A stretch of DNA of 64,000 bases from Lingula anatina (Eukaryota > Animalia > Brachiopoda): positions 22,882,848 to 22,946,847 of the forward strand of contig CM120643.1 of NCBI GenBank assembly GCA_051362555.1, in the 5' to 3' direction. The notes under the pieces were generated by a model. It was given only the letters and a program-made list of their open reading frames with translations, was not told the origin of the DNA and did no database searches. This document shows, one piece after another, positions 50,004-59,800 of this stretch (position 1 is its first letter; each line of letters begins with the position of its first letter). The position numbers and the translations under genes are program-made.

Positions 50004-52638
50004 TGAGTGTTGTATATAATTCATTTAGAAAGACAATCTTATTTTGCAGAAAATCCAGGCATCATCTGCCCTCCCACTAATACTGACAGTGATTTATTGC
50101 CGTTGCCAGAAAAAGCTTGGAATTTTTTGTATAGCATTTATGGAGAGTTCACAAGCCTGAATACTTCAGACAAACAAGGAACACAAAGACAGCCAGCGCC
50201 TCTGTAAGTTTTTGAATCTTTTTGGTCTGAGATGAAGTGAATGTGATAGGTAAAAGATAACAAGAAAACATACTTCAACACCCACCATTCATAGTAAATT
50301 GCCCAAGGTTATTCCTACTGCAATATGAAAGGGGTTTAAATGATTTTCTTTCTTCAGCAAGGAGAGACCACTTGATGTCGAAACACCAGTGACAAGTGAA
50401 GACCCATTAAAAAAATGTGTCAGTATATATCAGGTTGGTGCCTCAATACAGATTTAACACATCACATGGCAAATATATCCTCTGTCCCTTGTGTAATCAT
50501 GTTTTTTACAAATTTTGGACTACCTATTAACAAATAATAATTTGAAGGATTATGTACTTATAGGTACATATATTGTGTACCATTAACTTTGGCATTATTC
50601 AGATAAAAAATACTACTTACATTTTGAATTTCATTTTATTTATAAAATTCATCATATGGCAATTTGCCCATGCTTTAAATATAAATACAATGTTGTGCAG
50701 GCATTTGGACTGTAGAATTTGCAACTTGCAGTGGGACCTTTTCTGTCACTATGCAGCCCTTTTCCCCTCAAGTTGCATTGTTTGCACAGTGAGCGACAGT
50801 TCAAGTTTCACTCAACAGGCCACAGTCAGCAATTTTAAAGGAGAGGGCCAGGGTGGAGTTCTGAAAAAGCAGACCTTTAACCATAAAACATTTGTGTGCC
50901 TGAATCCAATTTTAACCAGAGCAGACCTTTTTCTTGCACACACTCTCCAAAGGTGCATTTTAAGTCAAAATTTTGTCACAAAACTTGACTAAATGTCGCC
51001 ATAGTTTCAAATTGTATAACTAAGAGAAAGGACATTATTTCATATAACTGTAAAAATAATATTTGAACAGATATTTTTTCTTTTCTGTGTAATAACTTTA
51101 CCTCAGCAGTCTTATTTGAATATTAGTTCATGAGAGAGAGTGACGATCATGAACGCGCACTCAACACTGCCATTTATGAGACTTGAATTAACTAGTCTTA
51201 GATCCCATTCCCAGAGATTAGATCGATCCAACTAAATCGACCTAACTCCCTGGGGGTTCATGCTTTATAGCTGTCAGCCGAGCAGGCACGAAAGTTAATT
51301 ACCCCCTTACAGCTTGTGGTAGGCGGGACGGACATTTAAGCCGGATTATCTGACAGTAGTCTAGTGAGACTCCCCACGGGGATAGATCAATCTAAAATCT
51401 ATGGGAATGTGCCCTTAGAGGGATGGATAAATAGGTCAATTTCAAATTAGCCTCATACTTGAAGAAGGCACACTTTTTTGGCAGAATGAGGGATTAACTT
51501 AGTCTGCAACTTGGCATGTCAACTTTATTTTTGTTGTGAGAGAATTTAATAAGTGACTTTAGTGATTTAAATGTGAATCAATGCTCACTTTAGGTGTATC
51601 TTTAAGAGGACGGGGCAAGATATCCCAGATTATGACAAGGAGAGCTCTGTGTAACTCCTTAACATGCCTCATTCAATTTGAAGCAGGTCAGGTTATTAAA
51701 ATTTTATAACCCCCTATCTTTTTTGCAGGAATTTTTGCACTTGGCAAAAGAGGTTAATGAGAGTGAGATTTTTTATTATATCAGTGAGCAATGGTTGAAG
51801 CAGTTTAAAGATTTTACTATGGGGGTTGAAGGTAAGCTCACTATATTTTGCAGTATGTGATTTATCCCAGCTGCAGTTAGTAATATCAGTCAAATGTGCA
51901 AATAAACTTCAAAAGAGCTGAATTCATCAAGCAGAAAACACTCAATTTTTTTGTACCATTAAATTGTGTAAAAGCACATATGAATCCACTGTATCTCTGA
52001 ATCGCTATTAAAACATTCTGCGATAACAAAACAAGGCATAATGTGGTATACATTGAGGACTCCAGCCACAGAGACACTACTGTTGGAAGTAAGTTTAATC
52101 ATTCTTACTCTTACTGCTTGATATCCTTTGGCAGGTACAGAGAAACCGGGCATGATAGATAACAGATTAATTGCACGTCAAGTGCATGAAGCAGCTGCAG
52201 ATGGCTCAGAACCCATTGATGGTGCTGTGATGATTACTCGTGAACAATGGAGCCTGCTCAGCAGAAACTTCAGATCAGAACCACAACAGCCCATAACAAT
52301 TAGGTGTGGGGAAATATCACCATATACATCAGAAAGAAAAAATGCAAATTTATTGCTGTATTTTACATATACAGATGAAGTAGATTTAATATTATTAATT
52401 ATGAATAAAATAAATTAATAAAGTGTAAATCATCTAAAAGAATGCATGTGCATACATAAAGCCACTTCCCCCTTTTGAAAATTTCCCCTGGTCATATGGA
52501 CCAGGTGTAAATGCATATTTTCATAGTATTTTATATGAGGCATGCATCATTTTCTCCAGAATTCCATTACAAGAAAAAATGGATGTGGACAGTGAGGACA
52601 AATCTAACCCAAGTGATGTGACAGGCAGCTTTTTTTAG
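22666..52638 (+). CDS. Divergent USP20/USP33-like ubiquitin-specific protease with C-terminal DUSP repeats (possibly partly disrupted)
   Basis: Exons by splice phase: 22666-22918, 23095-23173 (Cys box [19 protein letters not shown]), [27655-~27767 disrupted], 27795-27870 and 28147-28213 (FRSRQQQ|DSQDF), 28489-28583 ([13 protein letters not shown]), 29218-29294, 29613-29681 ([10 protein letters not shown]), 29919-29964 (HLPE), 42498-42603 ([15 protein letters not shown]), 43042-43107 ([11 protein letters not shown]), 43824-43944 (His box GGHYKAY..WFCFNDD..YILFY), 44399-44432, 44620-44710, [~46432-46522 unclear], 46700-46802, 47555-47651, 48835-49066, 49277-49367, 49679-49775, 50050-50203, 50358-50433, 51729-51831, 52135-52303, 52560-52638. 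The start and last exon are less certain. Confidence 0.85.
23670..24020 (-). mobile_element. 5'-truncated CR1/L2-group LINE 3' end, decayed
   Basis: The minus frame gives [30 protein letters not shown], followed by AATAAA and a (TCTA/TC)n tail at ~23670-23705. Confidence 0.6.
26196..26475. mobile_element. Short hAT-like MITE of a CAGGGGCGGATCC-type family
   Basis: Starts caagggcagatccaggattatttgaagggggg and ends tccgccactg. The same 5' end occurs at 31863 and a related 3' end at ~33000-33012. No TSD recognised. Confidence 0.45.
26480..27400 (-). pseudogene. Heavily decayed Tc1-type transposase relic (intronic)
   Basis: Minus frames contain GRGVSVFG-like, [17 protein letters not shown] and [11 protein letters not shown] motifs, resembling Tc1 IDG.LN..KY..IL and WPPRSPDLNPIE. 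Confidence 0.6.
30990..34219 (+). mobile_element. PIF/Harbinger-type non-autonomous DNA transposon, interrupted by a nested insertion
   Basis: TIRs agcctctcttacaacccgtcgtgcgt / acgcacgaccggttgtaagagtagct, flanked by TAA on both sides (30987-30989, 34220-34222). The ORF at 31388-31636 ([15 protein letters not shown]) may be a transposase N-terminal remnant. Confidence 0.8.
31663..33883. mobile_element. Mutator-like (MULE) non-autonomous element with subterminal tandem repeats, nested in the Harbinger element
   Basis: Exact 9-bp TSD agttaaact at 31654-31662 and 33884-33892; ends GGGG...CCCC. Inverted arrays of a ~17-nt unit (gtccgaaggttcattg / cttcggaccaatgaac) at 31675-31825 and 33675-33872. 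Confidence 0.82.
35107..38547 (-). CDS. LINE ORF2: APE endonuclease + reverse transcriptase + C-terminal Cys/His motif (1146 aa from the first ATG)
   Basis: Endonuclease motifs [22 protein letters not shown]; RT motifs [38 protein letters not shown]; C-terminal [19 protein letters not shown]. No stops. The track's 38571 start is a TTG; the first ATG is at 38547. Confidence 0.96.
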   Translation of the reverse strand: MLRIGMRNVRGLAKKLSDDNFISTVQSFDIFVCVETFSTIRSKIALPGGTHGHTEQLRKKKRVKGRPSGGIVVYYRKEFIEGIKVLRSKSENLLWIKLAGEHFGLEDDLFLCAVYIKPGNCPSDEETLEILEDEIATYQSYGSICLIGDFNARTGTLPDFIKDDTMFGIQMTDSYPTNRFSQKRNNVDTIVNSQGKALLELCRSSNLRILNGRTKGNSLGYPTCYNIHGCSTVDYAITNDGLMSKIMYLTVLPIDYLSDHCLLDLAIHTTGIKESSPTQSLQNFKDRYIWETDSTEKFLKALESEDSLKQISLAQNKYFPSSKEGLKSACGELTNIIENAANLSLRKKVNNISMRSNKQTKRIKKQPWFDSMCSEVRRNIKHLGKLLQKNPHNNYISQTYHLATKKYKQLVKQRKNEYKNAILDRLLVSEKSNPKEFWQTLKKLKDREENNNIISPETWQVHFQQLCGTPPTDDHRIDKEISEYEKKEGDPVLNNPISIREVKTAIKKLKNGKAAGEDSIRNEMLKSGSIYLVGLITKIFNLAMNTSETPDVWNLGIILPLYKSGERTDPSNYRGLCITSCLGKLFNCILTNRLTLFLESNEKLSEEQAGFRPGYRTTDHIFTLKSIINKHMNQNKRVFACFVDLRKAFDTVWHKGLMLKLLKIGVRGKIYKLIKYMYSNTRLGVSVNCGYTQTFISKIGIRQGDNLSPVLFNIFIDDLKSELYTDNSAKEVEGLKHILYADDLVLLSQSKEGLQTLLNNLENYCKQWKLKVNENKSKIIVFNKSGRIEPHTFFINSRPIEIVKQYSYLGIVFTNTGSLKQSIENLKQKALKAMFTLKGILASQEISSPILIMNLFDKMIKPILLYGCEIWAQEIFTEKKISLNKINKMPFEQIHLKMCKWALGVRRSASNNACRAELGRLPLYLDIVKLVLRYSERLNNLPEQRIVKQAYNREQAKREKNWFWAMSNLATCWGLTHSNSTLTVNKIHNNQNLESDITIKIKSDFWEELHREENNKLRTYRKIKHQYEPEPYLKMNISRTHKILLAKMRISDHDLEIEKGRHTIPKTQLSERKCPHCNEVEDEIHFFLKCAQHKIERKLLFECIPEVNLQGLTDEVKQLDIILNPPTEQSAIAVGNFVSKIMKKRN
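38991..41153 (-). CDS. LINE ORF1: J-domain-like N-terminus, putative TBP-like domain, coiled coil, low-complexity linker, SGNH esterase (720 aa from the first ATG)
   Basis: Open 737-codon frame with first ATG at 41153. SGNH blocks VITSSIG / SGKKI / IIGSNN / DGIHLTPHG; heptad-like region [14 protein letters not shown]...[12 protein letters not shown]. Confidence 0.9.
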   Translation of the reverse strand: MEDTTKMEDHYTLLGIIPEATPEVITQAFSTKASTVKDLNTPENQKLLQSYSIAYSTLVNQTSRITYDRENGIVTNYDYTDEYFGPIIESTTHNSRCATIKISSVSLVKRWLEVCRQYHKPDTEVEVNNGTGTQLKFTYNSTSGAKLGTVSLTLYHTAKSKKIHIQGDAYMLWLANDYPKMAMIVSSPKKLQPPSILEPSKQTAKNGHIEERVEIENSQTEVKQRSAHQTPKGFKIKGNPNMKEKKTDRDISKIQETLQAVENQYSEIIFRTADAKRQEAKTNSTITEEVEQIKGSLTEQMEALSTLSTQILKLTETVNKIHSKLLPTKQTMHVGTQYEELNTCEIGTQWEHPHMTPTELENNDSRNMTDTISDNPPLAMQLSPDNNLDTTPPPQVAILTPSTIAVETIQPKSNPTSEERRNAKQPTSREKPSVKITRENTCPPVANTEHETGLTGLTTLVESSQNSPVLPEENELTEERVTLNTASYENVVITSSIGKGLSANRLFPHSKSKCFVLSGKKINDAAELIGEKDFGTPKSITLIIGSNNISEGQHPQTVVDETMALINNIEQKYQETQIIISKILPRWGNRSFNGSAVLINRQVQHLCRSHANVHYMDNDNITDRRDLFAWDGIHLTPHGTSTLARNIKDATGQPNPRTTPRHGHSPSATYSHQHRQHHRNHRKWNQTPNQWNSPKEKGNSIENELKLLRECLSKLETKIC
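42177..42387. mobile_element. Small MITE with ~20-bp TIRs
   Basis: ggaatgcaaatccgctagga ... tcctagcggatttgcattcc, with internal ctaaccctaac / ttagggttag motifs. Confidence 0.6.
43530..43655. repeat. G-rich short tandem repeat (gtgcggggrrgtat-like units)
   Basis: About 7 degenerate units with GGGG runs; probably a MITE remnant. Confidence 0.6.
43743..43820. repeat. Poly-A plus (TA)n microsatellite abutting a USP splice acceptor
   Basis: Read directly; followed by cag|GTGGACATTAC (His-box exon). Confidence 0.9.
46030..46262. mobile_element. Short interspersed repeat/MITE, copy 1 (inverted relative to 51198-51418)
   Basis: gattgatctatccctgtggggagtctcact...acccccagggagataggtcgat matches the reverse complement of 51198-51418. 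Confidence 0.65.
46805..47318 (-). mobile_element. Helentron/DINE-like non-autonomous element with three ~116-122-bp tandem units
   Basis: On the minus strand it starts TTAACCTCCGCCAAGGAGGT (hairpin), then a GTTT/GTCT microsatellite. Units repeat at 46925, 47041 and 47163. A subterminal inverted copy CCTTGGCAGAGGT precedes the ...CTAGTT end. Confidence 0.65.
51198..51418. mobile_element. Short interspersed repeat/MITE, copy 2
   Basis: Reverse-complement paralog of 46030-46262. Confidence 0.65.
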
Positions 52639-54280
52639 GTACTTGCCTTTTTTTATTCCTTCCTACAAGCAGCAGCAGCTGTGTTTGTGCATTACACTTG
52701 GATTAAGACAGGCAATGTAAAATGAAGTATTGATAGGAAGACATTTTGCAAATAATATATTGTTATCATTTCAGGTTCTAGAAAATAAAGCAGAACTTAC
52801 CTGTGGTAAAAATGTAAGCTCAAAACAGGACTAGATATAGAGATGAGGTGGATACAGAGATTATTGCTCAGAAATTGTAGTGGATTTTATGAAGGTCCCA
52901 GTAACTGAAAACTTTTGTTATAAATATAAAAGAATAGTTTTTACAGAAAGGTTTTTTAATTATTTGAATGTCTTGTAATAGAGATGGACACTGGTTAATT
53001 TCATCAGAAAAAGTAAAAAATTACAAATTATTGAGAGCTTGAAAAAGGTTTTATAGAGCATAATTTTCTCACCCCTTTTGCAAAGGGTATGCAAAAGTGA
53101 TAAGGAAAATTTGTTTGAATTTCCAGGAATTTCAAAACAATATTTTTGCTACACTAAAGTCTTATGCCGCTTGTTTAGTGATTTTCACAATGTGCTCAAA
53201 AGATGGTGTTCCTAATAATATAATATAACCTGATTCAAGTCCAAGTACAAATAGTCTCACAATCTGGTACTTAATGGTACCACCAGCGTAGGCGCTGGCG
53301 GTACCCATGGTTTTAGTCCCGACCCGTATGTTCCGCCGGCTCCTGCGGCTCCTGCGGCTCCGCCGGCTCCGCCGCCAAGTCACTGTTACCGCTTCTCCTC
53401 CTAGACGGTAAGGGCCCCTGTACCCATCTCTTGGATTTAGGTCACCTATAATCTCAACTCGTTCCACGTAAAATTTGGGCTTTGTCGGTATTGGGGTCTA
53501 GGTGTGGCACTCATTGCAATGCACCCTTGTCTAAAAATGGCAAAATTAAATGCTAATTATCTACCCTACGGAAGGAGTTATGGGAAAAATTTCTACAGAC
53601 AGCTTTCCAAAAGTCATATGTGTAGATTTCAAATATGCCCTTGGATTTGACCTTTGACCTTTATTTCAAGGTCAAACAGGCCAAAATTTTCAAAAAAATG
53701 AAATTTTTTACGAAAAAAATTTTTTTTGCCCTGTTATTCAGACACCACACAGACTTAACCAATAATATTATTGGAAAGTGTTACCCTTCGGGTCATCTTT
53801 CATCTCCGTGAATTTGGGGTCAATCGGTGCATTTTCACGGGAGTAGCGGCCATAAAAAACCGAAACTGAAAACTGTCTCTAATTCGGGAACCGTTAATGC
53901 TAGAGACCCATTCTTTTTTGCATTTTGTAGAGCATGTAAAGCCCAACACTGGAGGTGGTCTCCATTTTTTTGTATTCCATACGGTTTTCAAGTTATGCTG
54001 TATCAAAAAGTCCATAATGGTGGTGAAAGCAAAATGTGCAGTACGGTAATGGATAATAAATTTTGAACTCTGGAAAAATAATACATAAGGCTTGGCAAAG
54101 CAGACAACTTGTGGTCAAAAATGACATTATTTCATCAAATTTGAACTTCTGGAACTTCAGAGCACTTCCTATTTTAAGAATTTTGACCAAAATGATGTTT
54201 TCTTTATTTTAATTAATCTTTTCTGTAGGAAATTTATGGCACATTATGGTAACTCCAAAATTATAACATTTAGTCCCTTA

Positions 54281-55458
54281 TATCTCCAAAACTGGCAGAG
54301 ACAGGTCCATAGTTACTATTGAAGTTGAATAGGAAGTCATATAGTGGCAATCTTACTGTGACCTTGAAATTGACGTTTGACCTACTTTTCACCATGAACT
54401 GAACTTTGCAAATTTTGCTTCCCTTTTATCTCCAAAACTGGCAGAGATAGGTCCATAGTTACTATTGAACTTGAATAGGAAGTCATATACTGGCAATCCA
54501 AATGTGACCTTGAAATTGACCTTTGACCTACTTTTCACCATGAACTGAACTTTGCAAATTTTGCTTCCCTTTTATCTCCAAAACTGGCAGAGATAGGTCC
54601 ATAGTTACTATTGAAGTTGAATGGGAAGTCATATACTGGCAATCTTAATGTGACCTTAAAATTGACCTTTGACCTACTTTTCACCATGAACTGAACTTTG
54701 CAAATTTTGCTTCCCTTATATCTCCAAAACTGGCAGAGATAGGTCCATAGTTTTTATTGAACTTGAATGGGAAGTCATATACTGGCACTCTAAATGTGAC
54801 CTTAAAATTGACCTTTGACCTACTTTTCACCATGAACTGAACTTTGCAAATTTTGCTTCCCTTATATCTCCAAAACTGGCAGAGATAGGTCCATGGGTAC
54901 TGTTGAACTTGAATAGGAAGTCATATACTGGCAATCTAAATGTGACCTTTAAATTGACCTTTGACCTACTCTTCACCATGAACTGAACTTTGCAAATTTT
55001 GCTTCCCTTATATCTCCAAAACTGGCAGAGATACGTCCATAGTTACTATTGAAGTTGAATGGGAAGTCATATACTGGCAATCTAAATGTGACCTTAAAAT
55101 TGACATTTGACCTACTTTTCACCATGAACTGAACTTTGCAAATTTTGCTTCCCTTGTATCTCCAAAACTGGCAGAGATAGGTCCATAGTTACTATTGAAC
55201 TTGAATAGGAAGTCATATACTGGCAATCTAAATGTGACCTTAAAATTGACCTTTGACCTACTTTTCACCATGAACTGAACTTTGCAAATTTTGCTTCCCT
55301 TTTATCTCCAAAACTGGCAGAGATAGGTCCATAGTTACTATTGAACTTGAATAGGAAGTCATATATTGGCAATCTAAATGTGACCTTAAAATTGACCTTT
55401 GACCTACTTTTCACTATGAACTGAATTTTGCAAATTTTGCTTCCCTTTTATCTCTAAA
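54281..55458. repeat. 146-bp tandem array, ~8 copies
   Basis: tatctccaaaactggcagag recurs at 54281, 54427, 54573 and onward at 146-bp spacing. Confidence 0.95.
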
Positions 55459-55747
55459 GTTACGCTGTATCAAAAAATACATATTGGTGGTGAAAGCAAA
55501 ATGTGCAGTACGGTAATGGATAATAAATTTTGAACTCCGGAAAAATAATACATAAGGCTTGGCAAAGCAGACAACTTGTAGTCAAAAATGACATTATTTC
55601 ATCAAATTTGAACACCTGGAACTTCAGAGCACCTCCCATTTCAAGAATTTTGACCAAAATGACCTTTTCTTTATTTTAATTAATTTTTTCTGTAGGAAAT
55701 GTATGGCACTTTATGGTAACTCCAAAATTATAACATTTAGTCCCTTT

Positions 55748-56440
55748 TATCTGCAAAACTGGCAGAGATAGGTCCATAGATACTATTGAACTTGAATAGA
55801 AAGTCATATACTGGCAATCTTACTGTGACCTTGAAATTGACATTTGACCTATTTTTCACCATGAACTGAACTTTGCAAATTTTGCTTCCCTTTTATCTCC
55901 AAAACTGGCAGAGATAGGTCCATAGTTACTATTGAACTTGAATAGGAAGTCAAATACTGGCAATCTTACTGTGACCTTGAAATTGACCTTTGACCTACTT
56001 TTCACCATGAACTGTTTTTTGTAAATTTTGCTTCCCTTTTATCTCTAAAACTGGCAAAGATAGGTCTATAGTTACTATTGAACTTGAATAGGAAGTCATA
56101 TACTGGCAATCTAAGTGTGACCTTGAAATTGACCTTTGACCCACTTTTTATCATGAATTGAACTTTGCAAATTTTGGTTCCCTTTTATCTCCAAAACTAG
56201 CGAGATAGGTCCATAGTTACTATTGAAATTGAATAGGAAGTCATATACTGGCAATCTAAGTGTGACCTTGAAATTGACCTTTGATCTACTTATTATCATG
56301 AACTGAACTCTGCTAATTTCTTTCTCTTTTAACTCCAAACCTGGCAGAGATAGGTCCATAGTTACTATTGAACTTGAATAGGAAGTCATATACTGGCAAT
56401 TTACTGTGACCTTGAAAATGACCTTTCACCTACCTTACGA
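55748..56440. repeat. 146-bp tandem array, ~4.7 copies (second block)
   Basis: The same unit occurs at 55748, 55894 and onward. The preceding spacer 55460-55747 duplicates 53993-54280 (offset 1467 bp). Confidence 0.93.
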
Positions 56441-56803
56441 TGAACTTAAATTTGATTGTACCATTTTTAGTTTCATATATTTTTTGCAAATATTGAAAAT
56501 TCTTGTTGATTGCATGTTTACAGCTTGTCAAGCACAAGACTGGTGGCTGTGTCCCTTATTTTGTGTATGTGGGGGTCTATACGAATGCGCTTGCTCCAGC
56601 TGGTGGTACAATATTCGGAGGCGGTATCGCCTCTCTGATCCTCTAGTTGCTTCTTGTACCTAATAAAGTTATGAAAATTAAAAAAAAAAATTGTATTTAA
56701 TCAATCGACAAAGTATTCAGTAATATATTGCAAAAGAAATTCATTGTCAGTGTCTTTAAGTCATTGTTTGTGTCTAGGGTAGCAACAGCAAGTTCCATTT
56801 TGT

Positions 56804-59800
56804 TCACATACTACTGTTATCGAAAGGCAAATCCCCCATAAATAAGCGTAGGTTCTCTGGTTTGGAGACCCATGTACTGAACACAAGCTTCAACTGGCTC
56901 CATGCTTTCTGGTAGGAAGTGGCAGCCATCTTGAAATCAGCGTAAGTCTTCAATGAAGTGTCCCTGGTGATAATATATGATCACAATATTGATATGTAAA
57001 TTGTTCTATTGAATAGTTTTCTACTAGTCTTCTTTTGTTTCATGGCTCAATTGGCCCATGAATATGTTAAAACAAATTATATATCTATGAAAGTATTAAA
57101 AGATATAGGTACAGATGTAAACTTTAAGATTAATACATATATATATGAACATCAAAAGTCTAAGAGTTTTTGTTTCTATGTATTATTGTTATAATGCATT
57201 TTAATTCATTTCTGTACAATTTAAGCTTATGTGCAAATCAAACTTAATGGATTTTGAAATAAATTATTACTATAATTATTATTATTATTATTGTTCAACC
57301 TTCAAAACCATACCTGAGTGTTGTTGGTACCGAGTATTGTGGTAATCTTGAAAACAATTCAGCAAATGTTTTAAATAACTCCAAAGGACAAAGATAGCAC
57401 CTGAAAAAGAAAAAAAATGTTTTAACAAAAAAACTTTTAAAAAACGTTTGACATGCACAAACAATATAATTTATCAAATAAAACAATAAGTTGTATGACA
57501 ATCTCTTCTCACACACAATCACATGTAATATTGTCTGTAAGTTTTCAAGATCATTCACTTTTCAAAAATCTCTCAAGTTTGTTTCTTTTTACAGCAATGC
57601 TTGAACAGAAAAAAAAATACAATTAGATTACACTTTTAAAAAAAATTTTGTGGATCACAGATGACCAAGAACCCCGTGCTCAATGTAATACAAAACAAAT
57701 CAAATCATTGATAAAGTTTTCATAAATTTTACTTTCATCACCAGATGCTGCAAATTTAGATAAAACATGATGGGTTTTGCTAGAAAATATGGGGGAATTG
57801 CTATACATAATACATCCTGTATACCTACATAAGGGAACATTGTATAAAACAGGTGACAAAAAGGAATTCTCACCTTGCTTCTGGCTTATCTCTGTTTTTA
57901 GCCGTCACTCCCTGTCTCTTTCCATGTACAGTAACCTCTACAGCACACCCAGGAACATTTGCCCACATAATGGCTGGAAACAATTGAAACAACATTAAAA
58001 TCTGATGAACTGGTGATGTAACTGATGTAAAAAAATGTTTAATATTTAGCTTTCCTTGAGTTCGGCTGAAAATACCACATCACCACAGCACCATGCTTTC
58101 AACGATCAAAAAGCCTAACATACTTATATCACTTACTTGTGGCAGATGAATTATAACACAAACTTTTATTTTAATAATCAAATGGACTTGCTGGAAAATA
58201 TGTAATGAAGCTATAATGAGCGTAAGATTTAACCATGTTCATTAAAGGAGTCTGACAAAAGTGGAAATTTCGTATCAAATATATTACCTGGATATCAAAA
58301 CAAGTCTGATATACACAAACACAAGTACAGAAACTGACAAAAAATAAATCAAATTAGAAAAAGTATGCAATAACACCATTTACAGTTAGGTGATGGCGCG
58401 ATGGTTCCACCTGCTGCCAGTTGTTCCACTGCCTGTTTACTGTGCTGAAACTGTAAGCTGGACTGCAGTAACACAGGGCGATGAACATGATACCCCTCAG
58501 GTAAACCCCTCACTCTCAGACACCTGTCCACAACTGCCCTCTGGAGAGCGCTCTTATCAAATGGACACTTGGCCACAATGACCGAGCTGAGATACACTGG
58601 CCATTCCAGGAAGTGACTGAGAAGCGCCCCCTGGCAGCCCAAGACATTCCACCTCCCAAGTTTATCACTACAACTCATTGAAATTGTCCTGTCTCCTCTT
58701 CCTGGTTTTGTGCGTAGGACCCCAGTGATGTGGTAATCATCTCCTGACCCCAGGGTGTCTTGGGCGCCCCCTGGGGCACACTTAGCACCAGTTCTGTAAA
58801 TATCTTTCTTCCTAGTGCTTGACAATGGATCAGTGTCCTCCACAGATTGTGAAAACCTGTTTGTTGTCCCACTGCCAGAAATTTGTTCTAATTGATTAAT
58901 ACCTTTTTCTGACGGGTGAACAGAATTACATTTGGGAGCACCAGCAAGTCCATTTGATGTATTGTTAGAAGATAGCATGTGTTCAAACTCTCGCAAATGA
59001 TCAGGGTCTGGCTTCATTGTAGACCCATAAAAACAACCCTGGCTTGATGGTGGGGATGCAGGTTTTCCTGCTTTTAAGCTTGAATGAGATTTTTCTGTCT
59101 CTAACTCTTTCTGTCGCAAAATATGAACTTTAGCATTTATGTGTAAACCACTGTAGTTGTTAGGTGACACTTGACCAGAGTCATTTCCACCATCTTTTTG
59201 GATATCACAGGCATTTTTGGCACCTGGCAGGTTACCATCAGGTGCTTCAGTGGTAAGAATCTCATTCTGTCTCTCGGAAGTTGGGCCAGGTAAATCATCT
59301 GTCTTTGCTCTCTTAGCAGGAGGCCCACACAGCTCTCCTAAAGAACTGTTATCACCTGTGCTGCTACATGTATGTGCCATATCAACAGTGGCACCAGTCA
59401 GTTCTGTTTTTTGACAGCTTGTCTTGGGAAATATAGATGCATCGCCACCTATCAACAAGATATCATCCATTACCAATGCTTCAAGCATAACTTGCAAAGG
59501 CTATTTACTAACTGTTTAATAAATTTGTTTTTAACACAATCATTTAAAAAAAATCCTCATAAGTCTGTTTTTGTGTTATACATTTTGTTGTAATTTCCAA
59601 GCAAAACATCTGTCCAAACTTTGAAACTTTAATTTCAATAAAAAATACCATTTTGGAAAAATTAATATTAAAATAATCATTCCAATATTAACAATTACCA
59701 CTTACATGGTGTGTGGCTTGTAATAAGATGAAAATCTACCCCATTCTTGACACAACAGTGTGTTTTATCTTCTGTCACCTGGAAGACCCTGCTTTCCCCC

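Larger units (their letters stand above)
53270..56648 (+). mobile_element. Helentron/HINE-like element carrying 146-bp satellite arrays
   Basis: 5' palindrome ggtaccaccagcg-tagg-cgctggcggtacc, a 9-mer repeat (cggctcctg)n at ~53333-53375, internal arrays, and a 3' end ggaggcggtatcgcctc...ctctagtt. Confidence 0.6.

Noticed and set aside
53162-53467. Arg/Ser-rich ORF (RRSRRSRRSRR), protamine-like
   Set aside because: Translation of the 9-mer microsatellite at the start of the Helentron-like element.
54281-56440. ORFs in and around the 146-bp arrays (53993-54190, 55460-55657, 56111-56389)
   Set aside because: Chance frames in satellite and duplicated spacer DNA.
58810-59420. Long low-complexity insertion in the ADAT1 deaminase domain
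   Set aside because: A variable insert between PCGDASI and RTGAK is normal for metazoan ADAT1.
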